Part shown: positions 61,481 to 64,000 of the stretch, piece by piece | How the letters are laid out: every line of letters starts with the position of its first letter | How positions within the stretch are numbered: the first letter of the stretch is position 1 | The notes under the pieces: model-generated | Seen by the model: the letters and a program-made list of their open reading frames with translations, nothing else | Told to the model about the DNA's origin: nothing | Databases searched by the model: none | Origin: Marsupella aquatica | Lineage: Eukaryota; Plantae; Marchantiophyta | Length of the DNA: 64,000 bases | Assembly (NCBI GenBank): GCA_973895155.1 | Contig: OZ316892.1 | Coordinates: forward strand, 16,234,357-16,298,356 | Direction: 5' to 3' | Translations under genes and position numbers: made by a program

Positions 61481-64000
61481 ATGGTGGCTCATTTGCAAGC
61501 AAACTAGGCAGACGACTATGGGAGGCCAGCTATCAGCTGCTTAGGCAAGCACTCTGGGCAGGAATAGATACCGGAAATCAAACTCAAGGAGGGTATGAGC
61601 AACGTCAATCAAGCTACACATTTTTTGGGATGCTTGTTCGAACGGGCAACTGAGTACATTGGGACCTACGAGGACAAAGAATCGGAGAGAGCAGCTCGAG
61701 AACGGTAGGAGCTCGCTCGACTGTGGGAGCTGCAAAAGTCTGCCTTCTTAGGAGGAGAACTTATCAAGGCCGAGTTCTTGTGGACTCCTACTGCCAATCA
61801 GCTCGATGACCTTCTGTTTTGCAAAAACAGAATTGTCGGCATCCGGGAAGCCATCAATCGCTGCAACGACATACACTGGGAGTTAAAGGGTAGCATGGAG
61901 GGGTGGAAAAGGCAACCGTGCTAGGAGAAACATCCACGGCAGCCGCAATGAAGAGGAAAGGAAACAACAACAAAGAGGCCACACCGGCAAAAAGGACGAG
62001 GTCGGCGGCACCAAGGAAGCCAGTAGACCAGGGGAATAGAAGGCAGGCAAAAACTGAGGAGGAGGTCAACCCCATCAATGTCATCCCAACTTCAGATGAC
62101 ACCTGGAAAGGCTGGGTGGCGATCCTCCCCGAGGAAGTGCAATTACACTTTGCACGGGAGGAGGATACGCGCTTTATGGCCATGCAGACCAAGAAGTACC
62201 AGGGCTTCATGGCCGGATCCAGCTTGGAAGCCTTCGTAAAATTGCCATGATTGAAGCCGGAGGTGCCAGATTTAGACTTAGTAGAATTCGTGGGATCATG
62301 GGAGCCCGAGACCAATTCCACAAGGGTCTATGGGAAGGATTTCTATCTCACTCCCCGGGTGATTGCCGAAGCGTTTGGCTTGCCGATGGGCAATAAGACC
62401 AAAGTAGATACCAGGAAGACCTTGCTTGACAAGGAGTTCCGGTCGTTCCCAGGGTCATCAACGAAGAATGGCTTCTTTCGGAACACATGCACCTACCCGC
62501 ACATTGGGGAGAAGATCGATTTCTTGCGAGTGACCATGCATTGCAACTTGCCAAAGGCAGAGATCGGCAAGGCACAGGTCTACCTGGCAGAGAGGCCAGA
62601 CCCAAGCCGGGACTACAACGGGTACCTCCTCAACCAACTGAAGAAGATCTTGAAGGAGGAACAACAGGTGATCAGCATGGGAAGCGTATCCCGGCTTGGC
62701 TATCACATGCCGCTGTTGTGCTGGTATGCCCAAAGTTAGATCTTTGCCCTAGTACTTCCCCTGCAGGTAAGGGCACCAAAGGAAGTTTTGGAACAGAGGC
62801 CGATAGCAGAGAAGCCCAACCAGCCTGCTAGTCCTACGATCGAACAAGTGTTTAGGCCAAGGAAAGAAGACTTGCCGATGTAGCAACCAGGCATGCAAAA
62901 TCTGCTGAAATTGCTGGAGAAGGAAAGGAGAACAGCAACGGCACCGGCAACGGCAACACCACCGGTACAGGACGCTGCCCCGGAAGTTGGCCTAAGACAA
63001 CTCATGAAGGAAAACCCCTTTACCGGAGCCAAGGAGAGGGGGAGGTCGGAACACGAGTCGGGAGTTTGAATGTATGTGGGAGCCTCAAGCTCCGAATCCG
63101 AGGCAGAGCAGCCTAAGGCTCCTACCCGCGGTATAGAGAGGGGGAAGCCGGTAGTCCAAGCAGCAAAGGCGATGGAGGACTATGGCAATGATAATTCCGG
63201 CTGCGGGTCGGACCATCATGTTCCAGGAGTAAGGACCTGTGGCCGGTTCATCCCCACTCTTCCAAGAGTAGTTCGAGGGGACCCCACCCAGCAGAGCAAC
63301 CCCGAGTCTCCCCCACCGGATGTCGCTCCCCCAAGCTTTGACGGCATAAAACAGACAGCACAAGAGTTTCAAGAGCGACTAAGGGAGGAAGAGAGGGCAG
63401 CCCTGGCTAGGGAGAAAGATTTACCAGGAGGAGATTGGCCAGAGGACATCAGGCGACTTGCCAAAAAAAGAAGCAACCCTCTAGCCACGATTGAAGAGAT
63501 CCGCAAGGCGGCTTGGGAGCAGAGGCCGCGATGGTTGATGCCAATGACTTCTACTTACTCCACTTATGCTAAGGATAGAGCCATGGAGTACGGAGAGATG
63601 TGTGGGGAACTTGCGCTCAGCATCTTTGGGGAGGAGTTGGAGCAGGGACCCTTTTTCCAAAGGGAAATGTTGGAGAAGCGCCGATTAGAAGAAGCGGTGG
63701 CTTTGGAGAGAAGCAAGAAGGACGAGGTCATCCGACGGCTTAGGGAGAGGGAAGCCGAGGCAGAAGGCCTGTAGGCAGCCAGGAAAGCCCAAGATGAGTT
63801 GTGGATTAAGCAGCATGAGCTAAACATCATGCAAGGGCAATTAGATGTCGCTCAGTCTGACAATCAGATTATCAAAGATAAACTGACTCGGACCCAAGGA
63901 GAGTTGGCCGGCGCAGTCAAGGAAAGAGAGAAGTGGAAGCGGGAGCTAAGGGACGCAGAGGAGGCCCACTTAGCAACCAACAATCGGGCCACGGCGGAGA
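61481..64000 (+). pseudogene. Y ORF, N-terminal and central part with the FGLP-motif domain and start of the coiled coil
   Basis: Chained ORFs 61903-62250, 62251-62739 and 63070-63774. The domain at ~62200-62735 aligns with X ORF residues at ~14625-15160. Confidence 0.75.

Larger units (their letters stand above)
57154..64000 (+). mobile_element. Family Y element, copy 2 (5' part; runs off the window), interrupted by X2
   Basis: TGTGATG start abuts CACTA TnpD. Resumes after X2 at 61450. ORF is homologous to Y copy 1. The left boundary is moderately certain. Confidence 0.7.

Overview
Eukaryotic land-plant genomic DNA (probably a bryophyte such as a liverwort; this is inferred from the gene and TE types). 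It holds one apparently intact host gene, an intronless GT29 sialyltransferase-like/galactosyltransferase (2774-4096, minus), followed by about 58 kb of nested transposons that can largely be resolved by target-site duplications (TSDs). These are: two CACTA families, three L1-type LINEs, a Bianca-like Copia element inside a MULE-type MITE, and two related families of unusual TG...CA elements. Family X (two copies of about 4.0 kb, each with its own 5-bp TSD) and family Y (two partial copies, about 4.7 kb reconstructed) have no gag, RT, integrase or transposase. Each encodes one long protein sharing an approximately 170-aa domain plus a coiled coil. Both X copies sit inside Y copies, and both Y copies abut nearly the same site of a CACTA transposase. 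Both CACTA families carry chromatin-type cargo: a SET domain in one, and an EDM2-like PHD cluster with tandem BRCT domains plus a captured RPL18a exon in the other. Most TE ORFs are disrupted. Domain calls come from motif recognition by eye, not from database searches.
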